Source of the DNA: Lama glama
Taxonomy: Eukaryota
Assembly (NCBI GenBank): GCA_028534125.1
Contig: CM052817.1
Coordinates: forward strand, 69,132,001 to 69,196,000
Length of the DNA stretch: 64,000 nt
Direction of reading: 5' to 3'
The notes beneath the pieces were generated by a model that saw nothing but the letters and a program-made list of their open reading frames with translations, had not been told where the DNA came from and did no database searches. The position numbers and the translations under genes are program-made. Position 1 is the stretch's first letter; every line of letters begins with the position of its first letter. This document shows, piece after piece, positions 25,716 through 38,092 of the stretch.

Positions 25716-27083
25716 GCCCAGAAATAAACCCACAAACTTTCAATTAATCTTTGACAAAGGAGGCAAGAATATACAATAAAGTAAAGACAGTCTCTTCACT
25801 AAATGATGTTGGGAAAACTGGACAGACGCATGTCAATCAATGAAATTAGAACACTCCCTCACACCATACACAAAAAATAAACTCAAAATGGCTTAAAGAC
25901 TTATAAGACAAACTATAAACCTCTTAGAAGAAAACATAGGCAAAACATTATCTGACATAAATCTCTCTCAGCAATGTTCTCCTAGCGCAGCCTACCCAGG
26001 CAATAGAAATAAAAGAATAAACAAATGGGACCTAATTAAAGTTACAAGCTTTTGCACAGCAAAAGAAGCCATAAGCAAAACAAAAAGTCTATGGAATGGG
26101 AGAAAATACTTGCAAAAGATGAAACTGAACAGGAATAATTTCCAGAATATCCAATATATACAGCTCATACAACTGAATAAGAAAAAAACAAACAGTTCTC
26201 CAGTGAAGACATATAAATGGCCAATAGGCACATGAAAAAATACTCAATATCACTAATTATCAAAGAAATGCAAATCAAAACTACAGTGAGATATCCCATC
26301 ACACTAGTCAGAATGGCCATCATTCAAAAGTCCATGAATGATAAATGCTGAAGAGTGTGTGGAGAAAAGGGAGACCTCCTACACTGCTGGTGGGAATGTA
26401 AGTTGGTGCAGCCATTACGGAAAACAGTATGGAGATTTCTGAAAAAACTAAAAATAGACTTACCATGTGATCCAGCAATCCCACTCCTAGGCATATATCC
26501 AGAGGGAACCTTAATTCAAAAAGACATCTGCACCCTAGTGTTCATAGCAGCACTATTTACAATAGCCAAGACATGGAAACAAATGAAATGTCCATCAACA
26601 GATGACTGGATAAAGAAGATGTGGTATATTTATACAATGGAATACTACTTGGCCATAAAAAAGAATAAAATCGTGCCATTTGCAGCAAAATGGATGGACC
26701 TAGAGATCATCATTCTAAGTGAAGTAAGCCAGAAAGAGAAAAATACTATATGATATCATTTTTATGTAGAACTTAAAAAAAAACTTATTTACAAAAGAGA
26801 AACAGCACAGACAGACAACAAACTTATGGTTACCAGAGGGGGAGGGGGTAGGAAGGGATACGTTGGGAGTTCTAGATTTGCAGATGCTAGTATACATAAA
26901 ATAGATAAAGAAGTTTATGCTGTATAGCACAGGGAACTATAGTCAATATCTTGTAGTAACCTATGGTAAAAAAGAATATGAAAACGAATATATGTATGTT
27001 CATGTATGGCTGAAATATGCTGTACACCAGAAATGACACAACATCGTAAATTGACTATACTTCAATAAAAATGAAATAAAATA
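25716..27083 (+). mobile_element. L1 3' part (ORF2 distal third + 3'UTR + A-rich tail), ending 36 bp from the DKK2 exon 3 donor
   Basis: Begins 'gcccagaaataaacccaca...aatctttgacaaaggaggcaagaatatacaa'. ORF 26355..26753 is the ORF2 C-terminus; tail 'aataaaaatgaaataaaataa'. Confidence 0.95.
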
Positions 27084-27119
27084 ACTGAGTCAGAACCAAA
27101 GAACTATGGATCTCCCTAC

Positions 27120-27275
27120 CTTTTATATGTGACATCTTAGTGTGTGGTCTTCCTAGATTCTGCCATCCCAAGTCGTGGTTTGAGTAATGACCGTGGTTTC
27201 GATCTCTGTGCCGAGTGCCGTCCAGAGCTGGGATGTGAGGGGTTAAGATGCTCTCAGTGACCGGGATACAGATGC
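27120..27275 (-). CDS. DKK2: DKK2 exon 3 (156 bp): (G)ICIPVTESILTPHIPALDGTRHRDRNHGHYSNHDLGWQNLGRPHTKMSHIK(G)
   Basis: Translation matches the DKK2 linker region. Acceptor ctccag|GC at 27276/27275, donor AAAG|gtaggg at 27120/27119; phases fit exons 2 and 4. Not in the ORF track. Confidence 0.98.
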
Positions 27276-27429
27276 CTGGAGGTAGTCAAGTAATCAGTTA
27301 GACTTACTCATTTCTAAAAGTGGGGTTTTTAACCAAGCATTCTCCCACCATGAGGCATGAAGCTATCCAGCATCTTTTCATTCACCCATCCATTTATTCA
27401 TGTATTTATCAAGACTGAGTATTACTCAG

Positions 27430-27605
27430 TTTGGTCCAGAGTCAGGCTTCCTTGATTTGAATCTTGCCTCTCTCAAGAGCCAGTGCCCTTTGGCAAACAT
27501 AGGAATTAAAACAGAATTTACTTCACTAAGTTATTGTGAATACGTGTGAAGTGTTTAGAATAGTGCCATAGTAAGGTATTAAATGATTACTAGCTATTAG
27601 TACTT
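27430..27605 (+). mobile_element. MIR SINE in DKK2 intron 2
   Basis: 'ccagagtcaggcttccttgatttgaatcttgcctct...gtgaagtgtttagaatagtgcc'. Confidence 0.65.
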
Positions 27606-28410
27606 TAAGTCTGATCAGACATCTGTGTTAAGTTTCCTTTTTCAATCAGCAGTACAGTCCTCGTCCAAATGGTAAGAGGTCGTCTTCCCTTCACCTCTTG
27701 TCCAGGCTACTCCCTGTGGGACTGTGCCCAGGGGTCAGGAACAAGTGTAGGGATATGACTCTGATGATGTTGTTTTATATGACTAAGTATGTTCCTGATC
27801 ACCTTCTTCAGTTACTTAATGGTTTTACCTGCCATATACTGTCTGTGGTTCTTCATTTCCTCATTAATGCTGAATTATCTGCCTATGAACTCACTGAGAT
27901 TGGGCGAAGCCCTGCTTTGGGGAAGGCCAGGGAATAGACTCCTGTGTCTCCTTTTGGAGGAACCAGTCACTCCATCAGCATTTGTGTGTGCCACGGGGTG
28001 GGGCCTTCCAGAGAAGATACCTCGAGTATAAGAATCAAGGTATGAAATTGGTACGAAAATGGAAAACAGACTCACAACTGCACTGCTAAATCACAGCAGG
28101 TTCCTTTCCTTTGGTTCCTTTGCACATATTCGCTTATGTGTTTAGTGGAATAAAACATCTGGCTATTTACATGCAACATTTTAACATGGCAAATCCTAGA
28201 TCAGCATAGATTATAAATTATAGAAGATGATCAGAGTCCAGGAAAGCTAAGATTTGGGAGGTGATCCAGGTAATCTTCCACATATCCCAAAGCATGATCC
28301 CATTCCTGCCAGCTTTGAAAGGTTCCTTACACTTTAGGAATCTGACTAAAGAGAAGGGAGCCTAACTCGGTAGCCAGACCGCCTCTGTGAAAGGAAACTG
28401 AGCCCTTTAC

Positions 28411-28561
28411 CATTATTGCAGCGGGTCCCAGGACAACACATGCCGTCTCTGTGACAGCGCTTCTTTTTCCTTCGACACACCATGCAGGCCGACGATCCTT
28501 GGTGGGGACTGTGGCAGTATCTCCCAACTTCACATTCCTTATCACTGCTGCAAGGGTAGGC
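28411..28561 (-). CDS. DKK2: DKK2 exon 2 (151 bp), Cys-rich domain 1: AYPCSSDKECEVGRYCHSPHQGSSACMVCRRKKKRCHRDGMCCPGTRCNN(G)
   Basis: Manual minus-strand translation matches recalled Dickkopf-2. Acceptor ...atgacag|GCC at 28562/28561, donor AATG|gtaaag at 28411/28410; ends in phase 1. Confidence 0.98.
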
Positions 28562-29433
28562 CTGTCATGAAGGGGAACACCATCAAAAAAGCAACGGAGA
28601 TCAGATCTTGGAACATGGAAAGTTACTGCAGCAAATCACGATGGGAAGTAAATCACAAGGTGTCCCTCCTCAAAGGATTTTAATATACCATTGTAATGAT
28701 GTTCTCAGCAGAGTGTCTACAGAGTGACACTTAACTGAGGACCTTATAAATCCTGATTATTGATGGTGACAAAGATGAAGGTGACACTATTCATATATTT
28801 TCACTGACACCACTTTTGGGTTAGGATTTAGACCTTATGTTCATTAGCAGAGGCCTAAAGAGTGACTCTTGGGCCTCAGAAACAGTTGTCAGTGTTATAT
28901 TGCCACTGACTTAAGGTATAAATGAAACAGCCTAGCCACCCCATTTTTCATCCACTACAACTGGATGAGAAGGTTAAATAAAACAACAAAGGGCTGTGCT
29001 CGAAGCTAAAACACATCTCCTGCCCAGTTACGGAACAGATCTTCTAAGAGTGACTCATCACAGTTCCTGCCTGCGAGGAACAGAGGAGAAACACTTCCAG
29101 AGCAGTGTGAGGCAATGAACTATTTGGCACAAAGCAATCAAGGAGCAGGGTCCTCCTTCCAAACTCAGTGATGAACAGCAGTGGAGTTCTCAGTGGTCAG
29201 AGAAGCAGAACCCCAGTTACATCATGTTCTCAGGAAACCAAAGGGCAGGCTCCTTACATACAAAAACAGTCCTCCGGGCTACTGCACCTTTAATTCATAC
29301 AAAGGGATTGCTGCTGCTGCTGCGTTCCTCTACCAAGTTGTATGTTCAGAAGGCTACTTAAGGAGTCATTATTTCAAAAAAATATGTATATATACACATA
29401 CACTCCAATTATATACTCCTTGTCTCTTGGAAA

Positions 29434-30095
29434 TGTTAGAGCAGGCAGATAGCTAGATATGAGCGGAGAAAGGGGAATGCAGGCTAAATGGCAGGAATTG
29501 GGCAGAAAGGAGGGACACAGGCCAAATGCAGGAAACTAGACATCATGTAAGCACCAGGGGCCCCTGGCAGAGAAAGAAAAGCAGGAGCCTCTGGGCTGAT
29601 AAGAGGTCACACCTTTCAGGGTGCTAAGTGGCCTGGAGGCCAACAAAGAAAGGTGGGAAAAGGCAGGAATCTCCAGTGTCTGAATGTAACCTTTTGCTCA
29701 TTATAGCCTCATTTCAATAAAATCCGCCTTGCAGATTAAAAGTACCCCATCCTGCACGGACTCCATGACACTTCCGATCCAGACTAAATAAGGACGATAA
29801 TCCCTTCTCCCTTCAGGAAGGTGGAGTTGGGATGAAAATCAGGGAATACGACCCCAGACCCTTCTCTCCCTAATAAATATTATGCCCATTAATTTTTACA
29901 CCCTATGTAACCAACTTACCAAAGAAACTTGGGGCAGCTGCTAACCTGAGCCTGCCTGCTCTGCTGTCCCCTTGAGAGTGTACTATCCATCCTTAAATAA
30001 ATTTTCACTTTACTTTCTTAACCTCCACTTCTTGTCTCTGAATTCTTTCTGGGATGGGACAAGAACCTGGACTCCAGTCACATCTACCAACAACA
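29434..30095 (+). mobile_element. ERV solo LTR (lineage-specific, probably ERV1), copy A
   Basis: TGTT...AACA termini, AATAAA near 29996-30001, flanks gaaa/gaag (4-bp TSD, 1 mismatch); homologous to copy B. Confidence 0.88.
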
Positions 30096-30457
30096 GAAGT
30101 TATTGTTGGAATACTTAAAATGTCCTGTTTTCAGACTGAGAATTGAGAAACTGAAATGTCACATCACACACATCAAACTTATATTTTGAGGCAGGTTTAC
30201 AGGGAGACTTATTTGCCAGTCTTTTTTCTTTTTTTGGTAGTTTATTTTTTTTATTTCCAGAGTAATGCGTTTTTTTTTATTAAAAAAGCAGCAGCAGCTA
30301 TGTAGTTATTTTTAAGCAAGCATAAATGATATGATTATAAAACTACGGAGAAAATTTTTGTGACTCTCCAGTTAGTGTGGTTTGAGTGCCTAGCTTATGA
30401 AATGGGGTTTGATGGCCTCACTTTGCATCCATTCCTATTCCTCCCCCAACACTGCCT

Positions 30458-31058
30458 TGTTAAAGCAGGTAGCTAGCTAGCTATGAGCAGAGAAAAGGGG
30501 ATGCACTGGGCAAAAAGGAGGGACACAGGCCAAGTGCAGGAAACCATACATCATATAAACAACAGGGGTCCCTGGAAGAGAAAGAAAAGCAGGGGTGATA
30601 AGTGGTCACACATTCTGGGGTGACAAGTGCCCCGGACGCCAATGAAGAAAGATGGGAAAAGGCAGAAATCTCCAGTGTCCGAATATAACCTTTTGCTCGT
30701 TATGCCCTCATTTCAATAAAATTAGCCTTGCAGATTAGAAGTACCCATCATGACACTTCTGATCCAAACTAAATAAGGACAAAAATCCCTCCTCCCTTCG
30801 GGAAGGTGGAGTTGGGGTGGAAAATCAGTGAATACAACACCAAACCCTTCCCTCCCCAGTGAATATTCCGCCCATTCATTTTTACACCCTATGTAGCTAA
30901 CCTGCCAAAGAAACTCAGGGCAGCCGCTCACCTGAGCCTGCCCGCTCTCCCCTTGAGTGTGTACTATCTCCTAATAAATTCATACTTTAATTTCTTCACT
31001 CTGCATCTTGTCTCTGAATCCTTTCTGCGACGAGACAAGAACCTCATCACCAGCAACA
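30458..31058 (+). mobile_element. ERV solo LTR, same family, copy B
   Basis: TGTT...AACA termini, AATAAA near 30973-30978; colinear with 29434-30095. Confidence 0.88.
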
Positions 31059-34000
31059 CTTTTTCACTCTGATTCTTCCATCACCTTTTCTCCCTGTGCC
31101 CTGTACATATTCAGTCCCCACGTTTTCCTTTTAGATCTGATCATCTTTGGTTAGAAAGATGAAAAAAATGTGAAGTTGACGTGTGACTCTGAAAACTTTT
31201 CATGTTGCATGAAAGAAAAATACACTTTTAGTATCATTACAATTTGCTGTTTACCCTCCAAAGAAAACAGAAAATAGGAACACCTCTAACTTTAAATTGA
31301 AAGTGCTTTTGAAGAATTCCACGGTAGCGATGTTTAATGCCCACATTATAGTTGGAGCCAGATAAAGCTATAAAACAAATTAGGATGTAACTGTCCCATT
31401 CTGACACCATCATTATGCTTCAGAGAGAATCTGAATGAAGGTGATTTCAGAGTATCAAGCCATTTTTTAAGAGTCCAAGACTGATGAAAACAAAACAAAA
31501 TGTCACTTCCTGACTTGCTACACTCTTTCCCTGGAGCACTTTACTCCCTTCCTATTTAAACCCAGTCATCTTAATTGAAATACAATTCATGTGTTTCTGC
31601 TTCATTTACATTCATTTCACCAAATTGTTTTGCAAGAAACATTTGATGTCTCACAAGTTTTATTCTCCCTTCCTCAAAAATAGGATGTTCTTTCAACGGA
31701 AGTAAACATGTGCCATCTCACACATCAAATCTTCAAGGAATTCAGAGTTCATAGAATAACAACTTGATTCCATTCCTAAAAAAAATCATCTGTATGGTAA
31801 AAAGCAAGTTGTTTGCTAAAGTAGCAGTTCATTTATGCAGAAAACTGTGGAAGGCTCATCCTCATCTTTTCATTCTCAATTGATGGGAAATGGAAAATAT
31901 TGAAATTGAAAATACATGAGATGGAAGATATTTGATGCTATTACAAAGTAGTATGCACAGTAGTTCTTTATTTGAATGGGACCACAGTAAAATTCTCACA
32001 ATTTTTTCAGAGGGAAGAGAGAAAAAATATTAGAAGATACGTAGTTTTACTGTGTCTTAGTGTATCTTCTAACTGGATTGAAATAGAAGTGATAAAGGCA
32101 GAAAAAGTGTGCAGGAATTTTTTTTTTAATGGAAGGTTACTGTTAATGTGAACTTGTACTTGGAATGGAATGAATCCCAAACATATTAAGATAAATTTTG
32201 ACAAAAAATAAACCTCAATAATTAAAATACAGGGTTATATGACACAGCTTCTAGTATGGTTATGGAACTCTGGCTCCAATAAACAGCCTTTATAAATGAA
32301 TAAAATCAAGAATGGATGAGACAGGTTGACTGAAACAGGTTTTAGGGAAAGCCAGTGATATTTGGGGGCACACCTTGTCTTCTGAAATCAGTGTCCCTCA
32401 GGATGGATCTAGTCAGCCATAAAGTTTCCCTGTGTGCAATCATTAGCAAGAAAAACACATAGAACTTGAGAAAATATGGATCTGATCCATTAATAGCAAT
32501 TCTCGTGTTTTCAGCCTAATGCATTATTTTTCAGTAAGGAGCTTTAAACTCAAGTATGAGGGCTCTGCAGCTTGCTACTGGGTTTTCCTACATTAACCCT
32601 ACATTAACTTGTCTGGAAGTGGTATCACAGTAGGCGAGGGAGGGAGGGAGACAGAGACAGACAAAGAAAAGCACATCGTTAAAGTAGTTATAGAGGATCT
32701 TGAAGGAGTGATGACTTGTGGCAATTAACAGACCGCTGGAGGGAAATTACACACATTAATAAAAGTGCCATTCAGAAACTTTCCCAAAGGCTTTTGGCCT
32801 CCAAAGGCTGTTCCTAGTCCCATTTGATGATGATTTTGTGACAAACAAAAAGTATATTTGAGTACCTTAGTCTAAGTTTCTACTTAACAAAAGTAATAAT
32901 ATGCTTCCCTGGTACTTATTTTATAAATGGATAAGAAGACTGACTTTATAAACCTGCTATGAAAATTATTAACTATATTTTTATGGCCCTTCATTTACTT
33001 GATTTTAGGTGAACAGTATGAGGAACAGTGACAGGCTGTGTGGAAGACTGAAAGTCAAGTGAAAGAATTAGGGAGAGACCTTCTATACACCTGTCCTGTA
33101 CTAAAACGTTCCAGAACTGCATGAGAAATTCAGTTGCCTGAGCATCCAGGAACACTCGCCTTCGTGAAGAATCATTCATGACTTAGCCTCAGTCACACTT
33201 AGGAGATGAATTCATTTGAGACACCTAATAATAGTACATGATGGGTCATAAATTAAGAAAGTATGAGAGTAGTCCGTGATCAGGCCAAAAAAAGCAAAGA
33301 AGTTTTGCCCAGCTCCCTTTCTAGGCTAAAAATACAGTGGTTCCCATAAATAGCAGTGCTACTTAGCATTACCACCATGCCATGGGCTAAAAAAAGAGTG
33401 AACACATTGGAGACAGCTTGAAAATAATGTCTATCAGAAAAAAACATTTCTTTTTTTAGTATAAAAGGTTTTGGTTTTTTTTTAAGCCCATTTACTATAT
33501 GCAATTCTGGAATCATTATTTAAAATTATAGCAGTGTAGTAAAGACAGGTTAAGTAACTTCTGCAAGTGAGTTGTATGTGCTCAGCCACAGAAAACTTGG
33601 GGATTCAGAGCTCTGCCCTGGCTTTCAGGCTTCCCTGTGAGATGTCACGACTCAGAGCATTTAATGATGATGGTTTAATGCACACACACAGGAGGTGTTT
33701 GAATGGTGACCTACGTGCTGAATTTGGAGATCAGAAAAATAAACTTGGCCACTTCTCTTTCTAGAAGCGTCTAAATACCAACAGCATGTCCTGCTGCAGC
33801 TGTTGGAAAAAAACAGAAAACTGGCAGAAAACACTGACAAGACTGTAAACAACATTTTCTCGTTCCATCTTTTTGACAACAGTTTTATGTCCACTTCAAC
33901 TCAGTGTAATCAGTTATAAGCAAAATCTCATCACGCAAGTAACAAATAATATTCTAATGAACAAAATAAAATGTTACTGCATCTTATCTGAATCAATTGA

Positions 34001-36574
34001 AACTTTTTTCCAATTAGTCTAAAAACTGCAGGGAGAAAAGTCTTGTTAAATCAAGACTTAGATGTAGGGTTGTATTTATTCTTATTTTTCAACTACTGCT
34101 CATCCCTTAAGGAACCTCCAGTTCACCGATGAAGTGATAACTAAATGAGGAAAACTGTTTCAGGTATCTCAGTAGCGCTGACAGTTTAGTAGACCTTTGG
34201 CCACAATTAAAACCTTAGATTAACTCCCCAGTTTTCAAAACAATGACATTGTTCCTGTTAATGATGAGGGGAGAAAAAGAAGAAACATCACAGAGTGTTC
34301 ATGTGGGCTAGCCACCCATCCGGATTCTTGCAAGACCGTCCTAGTTTTGTTGTTGTTTTAATTGGGACAATCCTTTGTCCCCACAAGCACTGTTTGTAAC
34401 AATCTCGGAAGTTTTCTGGAGCCAGAAAAACATCATCAGTTGGGCAGGCAGAAGAAAGCCTACAGGGGACAACCCAGCTGTGGGAATACAAAACATTTGA
34501 GGCCAGTGGATAGAGGGAGGTAGCGGCACAGGGCAGGGGACTGGAACATGTCTGGGGTCTCCAAGAGTGCACAGCGAAGTGTTGGCAGTTACATTTGGGA
34601 AACCAGATCAGACTGGCTTCCTCTAGATCCTTCAAGAAAAGATTAATTTCCCTCATCCTGACATTTCATATGATAGATCTCTTTTTCAGTGAGCAGGCAA
34701 AATATACTACCCTTTGAGGTGGTCATTTCAAAATCAAACCCTAAAATTCCAACTGCAGGAGACGCAGGGAACGATTAACTCAATCTGGCTAATGTGCAGT
34801 TGTACGCTTCACGCCAAAGCCTGTGCAATTTGATCTTTTCCTTTGTCCACAATTACCTCTAGGGGATAGGGGTTTACTAGATGCATCTTTGAGGATTCCT
34901 GAACCTGAGGCCAGGAGGATTGAGCTATATTAAATTTCCGGGGAAATTTTCAGATATCTCATGATGTTCTGGATGTGTGCCATAGATTCTTAAGGCAGCT
35001 GCTTGAGTATTCATTCAGTATTCAATAATTATTTGTTCAGCATTTATTAATTGAACACCAACTATGATCCATACAGTCACAAATAGTTCAGTGATCTACA
35101 AATGTCTTGCCTATGTTATCCCTAAGGTAATTTTGAAAAAACATATATCTTCTCATATTTGTTACAGCATAAGTTTAAGTTTGTTTTGTTAATATGATTA
35201 CAGCAAAAATTTTATAAGATGAAGTTCACAGTAATCTGACAAGATTCAATAAAATAGCTTTTTACCTACTTTATTGGTCAATGCATACCAATGCTAAAAT
35301 AAATCATAACATTTATTGATAAATACTTTTCCTTGAAAAAGTTAGATAGAAAACATTAAGTTAAATTTCAAAACACACAAGTCATCACAACTATTTTGAA
35401 TGTTCTATATCCAGAACTTTCCAACTGGGGCCAAGATTCACTTTTAAAAAATTAATGATAAGAGAAGGAAAGAAAGTACCTTTGTATGTTTGGGATGCAC
35501 TGATCAACTATTAAGAATATCTTTGTTAAAACAAATATGCCAAATTCTACGTTAGTTTGTCATCCAAAAATGTTTTACTCTGGCGAATGCAGTATATCAA
35601 GATTTGGAATGCGTGACAGTTTTGCCTTTTCCCCCCATAAAACAGCAAAATACTTACTGTAAACATAGGCATATTCCCAGACAATTGTAAGAAAAAGAAC
35701 CATGGAAGTTGAGGATCTGGAAATTCATTCCTCAAAACAGTTCATGCTGTGCACACCATGGAAAACTTTTGGGAAACTTTTATACACATTCATTTCAAGG
35801 CTAAGTTTGTTAGACATTTAATTTTTGATATAAAAGTCCAGAATTGAGAGTTTGTCTACTAATACTGCCTGGATTATAAATTATGATGGATTTCCACCAG
35901 GGTTCCATTAACCTCCCCAATGTATTCAGAGAACCTCACTTAAATCCTAAAAAGCAATAATTCTATGAAATAAAGACAGGGTCCTTTGCAACTTCGGTTC
36001 CTCCACCCTGTTCTCTGTATGTCATTAAGCGGAAAGGAGATTCCGGGGAATGCTCTACTTTAAACATAGACCACATTCTCAACTGTAACATGTCTATTAC
36101 TGCTATTGATCATGGGCTGAATGAGGAGAGCTAACCCTTCCCATATGGTCTCAGCACCTAGACAAATCTAAACCGTATTATTTACCTGGCTTTTTATTTT
36201 TGCTCGTTTTTAACCATTTCCCCTTCATTTGTAATATATAGGACAGAGCGCTTCTATCCCATGTTCAGAATGCAGTCAAGCCTCCATGGGGCTTTCACAC
36301 CATAGTTGGAGCCCTTTAAGCTTCGTATATAAGTTATAAAGTCCTTTATAATTCTATGATTGGTTCAGTATAATTGTCCTACGCAAAACCGAGGAAGAAA
36401 GTACACAATTTCAAGTGCTCTTCCAAATTCAGGATCAAATGCTTGTAATATAAAATTTTCATTGCAGCCTCACAAGTTTGCCTGACCTCATGACCAGCAG
36501 CAAGGTAACGTGGTAGGAAGAATTTTGGAGTTACACTGCAATTTAAGTTATACCCCCACAATTAATTTATTGTT

Positions 36575-36900
36575 ACAAGTTACTTAACTGAGTCTCAGTT
36601 TCCTCCTTGATAAGATGGATATAATTCCTCCCTTCAGCAGCATTTCCTTTCTTAACTAATCTTAAACATCTCATGGGGTTTCTTTAAAAACTACTTATTA
36701 ATAGACTCCTCATAGAGACCCTAATTCTGTAGGACTGGACGTCATCCATGAATCTATATTTTTAATAAATACTGTCCTGGTGATTCTGTGGCAAGGTAAG
36801 ACAGGAACACTGGATTACACAGGATTGTTGCAAAGATTAAAGACGCTTTTTGTACATGTGTTATACAGTGTCTGGACTACAGGAGATACGACTCAACCAT
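36575..36900. mobile_element. MIR with an embedded MER5-like fragment
   Basis: 'caagttacttaactgagtctcagtttcctc', then 'ctaattctgtaggactgg...aatctatatttttaataa...ctggtgattctg', then 'caggattgttgcaaagattaaa'. Confidence 0.55.
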
Positions 36901-37795
36901 ATCTCCCAAATGGACATAAGTCTAAGTGGGGGCTGGTTCCCTGACACCAACATGAGTCTAAGCAAGAGACTCACTGACAACAACAACTATTTCCAGGCAG
37001 GTTCCTCTTCACTCCTAGTGCTTAGCCACTGTGCTTAGGGGTGGGCTTGAGAATTTCTAAAACTATATAAAAAGGTAAAGTTACACATAACAAACACACC
37101 AGTGCACTTTGGGAGCAACACTGTGGGGACTCAGAGCTGTCAACACACCCATCACGGCTGGCTTGTTTCACACCCTCATGCAGTGTATACCTGCATCTTG
37201 TTGGCGGTGCACAGCTTTGCAGTTTTCTTTGCATCACGTGTCCTGTTGGTCTTTACAAAACAAGTACTCTTCTTCCCCACATCAAGTATGATAAATAGAT
37301 GATGTATGTTTTCATTATTTTCTATTCTTTGTATAGCATCAAATTTTCCTTTCCATTGAAAATCCAAGTATCAATGTCCAGGTGGATAGGAAAACAACAT
37401 CCTTTCAAACTGCTGTTTAGAAAAGACCTTCTTTATGATTATAGAATAGGTCCATGTTGGTAAAGATTGCTGTGCCCAAATGTAAACCCTTGTGAATTTG
37501 AAATATTTCATGAGTTGAAGTCATTTTCACTTATAATATCATGAGTTTCCAAATGCGAATATGAGAATCCAGTGAAGATGTGTGTGGGTTTGTTTGTGTG
37601 TGTGCTAAGTTAGGTTGTGTTCTCTAAGTATACTGAAGAAATATATAACAAAATTTACCCATGGGAAGGTGAACATGGTTATTGAGAACAGAGAAAGGAG
37701 GAACATTTAGTTTCCATGTAAATCTTTTTAAACATTTAATAATCTTCAATAGGTGCATTTATGATGTATCAAAATTAATAGTTTTAAAAGAACTA

Positions 37796-37948
37796 CAGTA
37801 GACTCTCCATATCCACAGACGTGGAACCCACGGATACAGAGGGTCAACAGTACTAAGCCATTTCATATAAGGGACTTGAACATCTTTGGATTTTGGCACC
37901 TGTGGGGTGTCCTGGAAGCAGTCCCCTGCGGATACTGAGGGATAACTG
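37796..37948 (-). mobile_element. TcMar-Tigger MITE (MER2-like, internally deleted)
   Basis: TA|cagtagactctccatatcc...ggatactgagggataactg|TA: imperfect TIRs with TA target duplication. Confidence 0.85.
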
Positions 37949-38092
37949 TAATATTATGAGATTCAAAGTGAAATTTCTTATTCCTTGCTAATTTATGCCT
38001 CATAGTTTTCATATTAGGAATGCTTGGAAGAACTTGGGTTTCCTGAAGCTGGGGCTTCATGCAAGAGTATCAAGAATACAGACTGAAATTTC

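Larger units (their letters stand above)
19859..27119 (-). other. DKK2: DKK2 intron 3 (7261 bp), largely a composite L1-containing block
   Basis: Defined by the exon 3 donor and exon 4 acceptor. Confidence 0.95.

Noticed and set aside
21243..26753. Active full-length L1 or domesticated ORF1/ORF2
   Set aside because: ORF1 is frameshifted and has a deletion; the EN and RT regions are missing.
28327..28545. 72-aa minus-strand ORF overlapping exon 2
   Set aside because: Alternative frame of DKK2 exon 2 running into intron 2.
29434..31058. Intact or mini-provirus (TRIM-like element)
   Set aside because: No PBS or PPT, no shared outer TSD, and the LTRs are clearly diverged.
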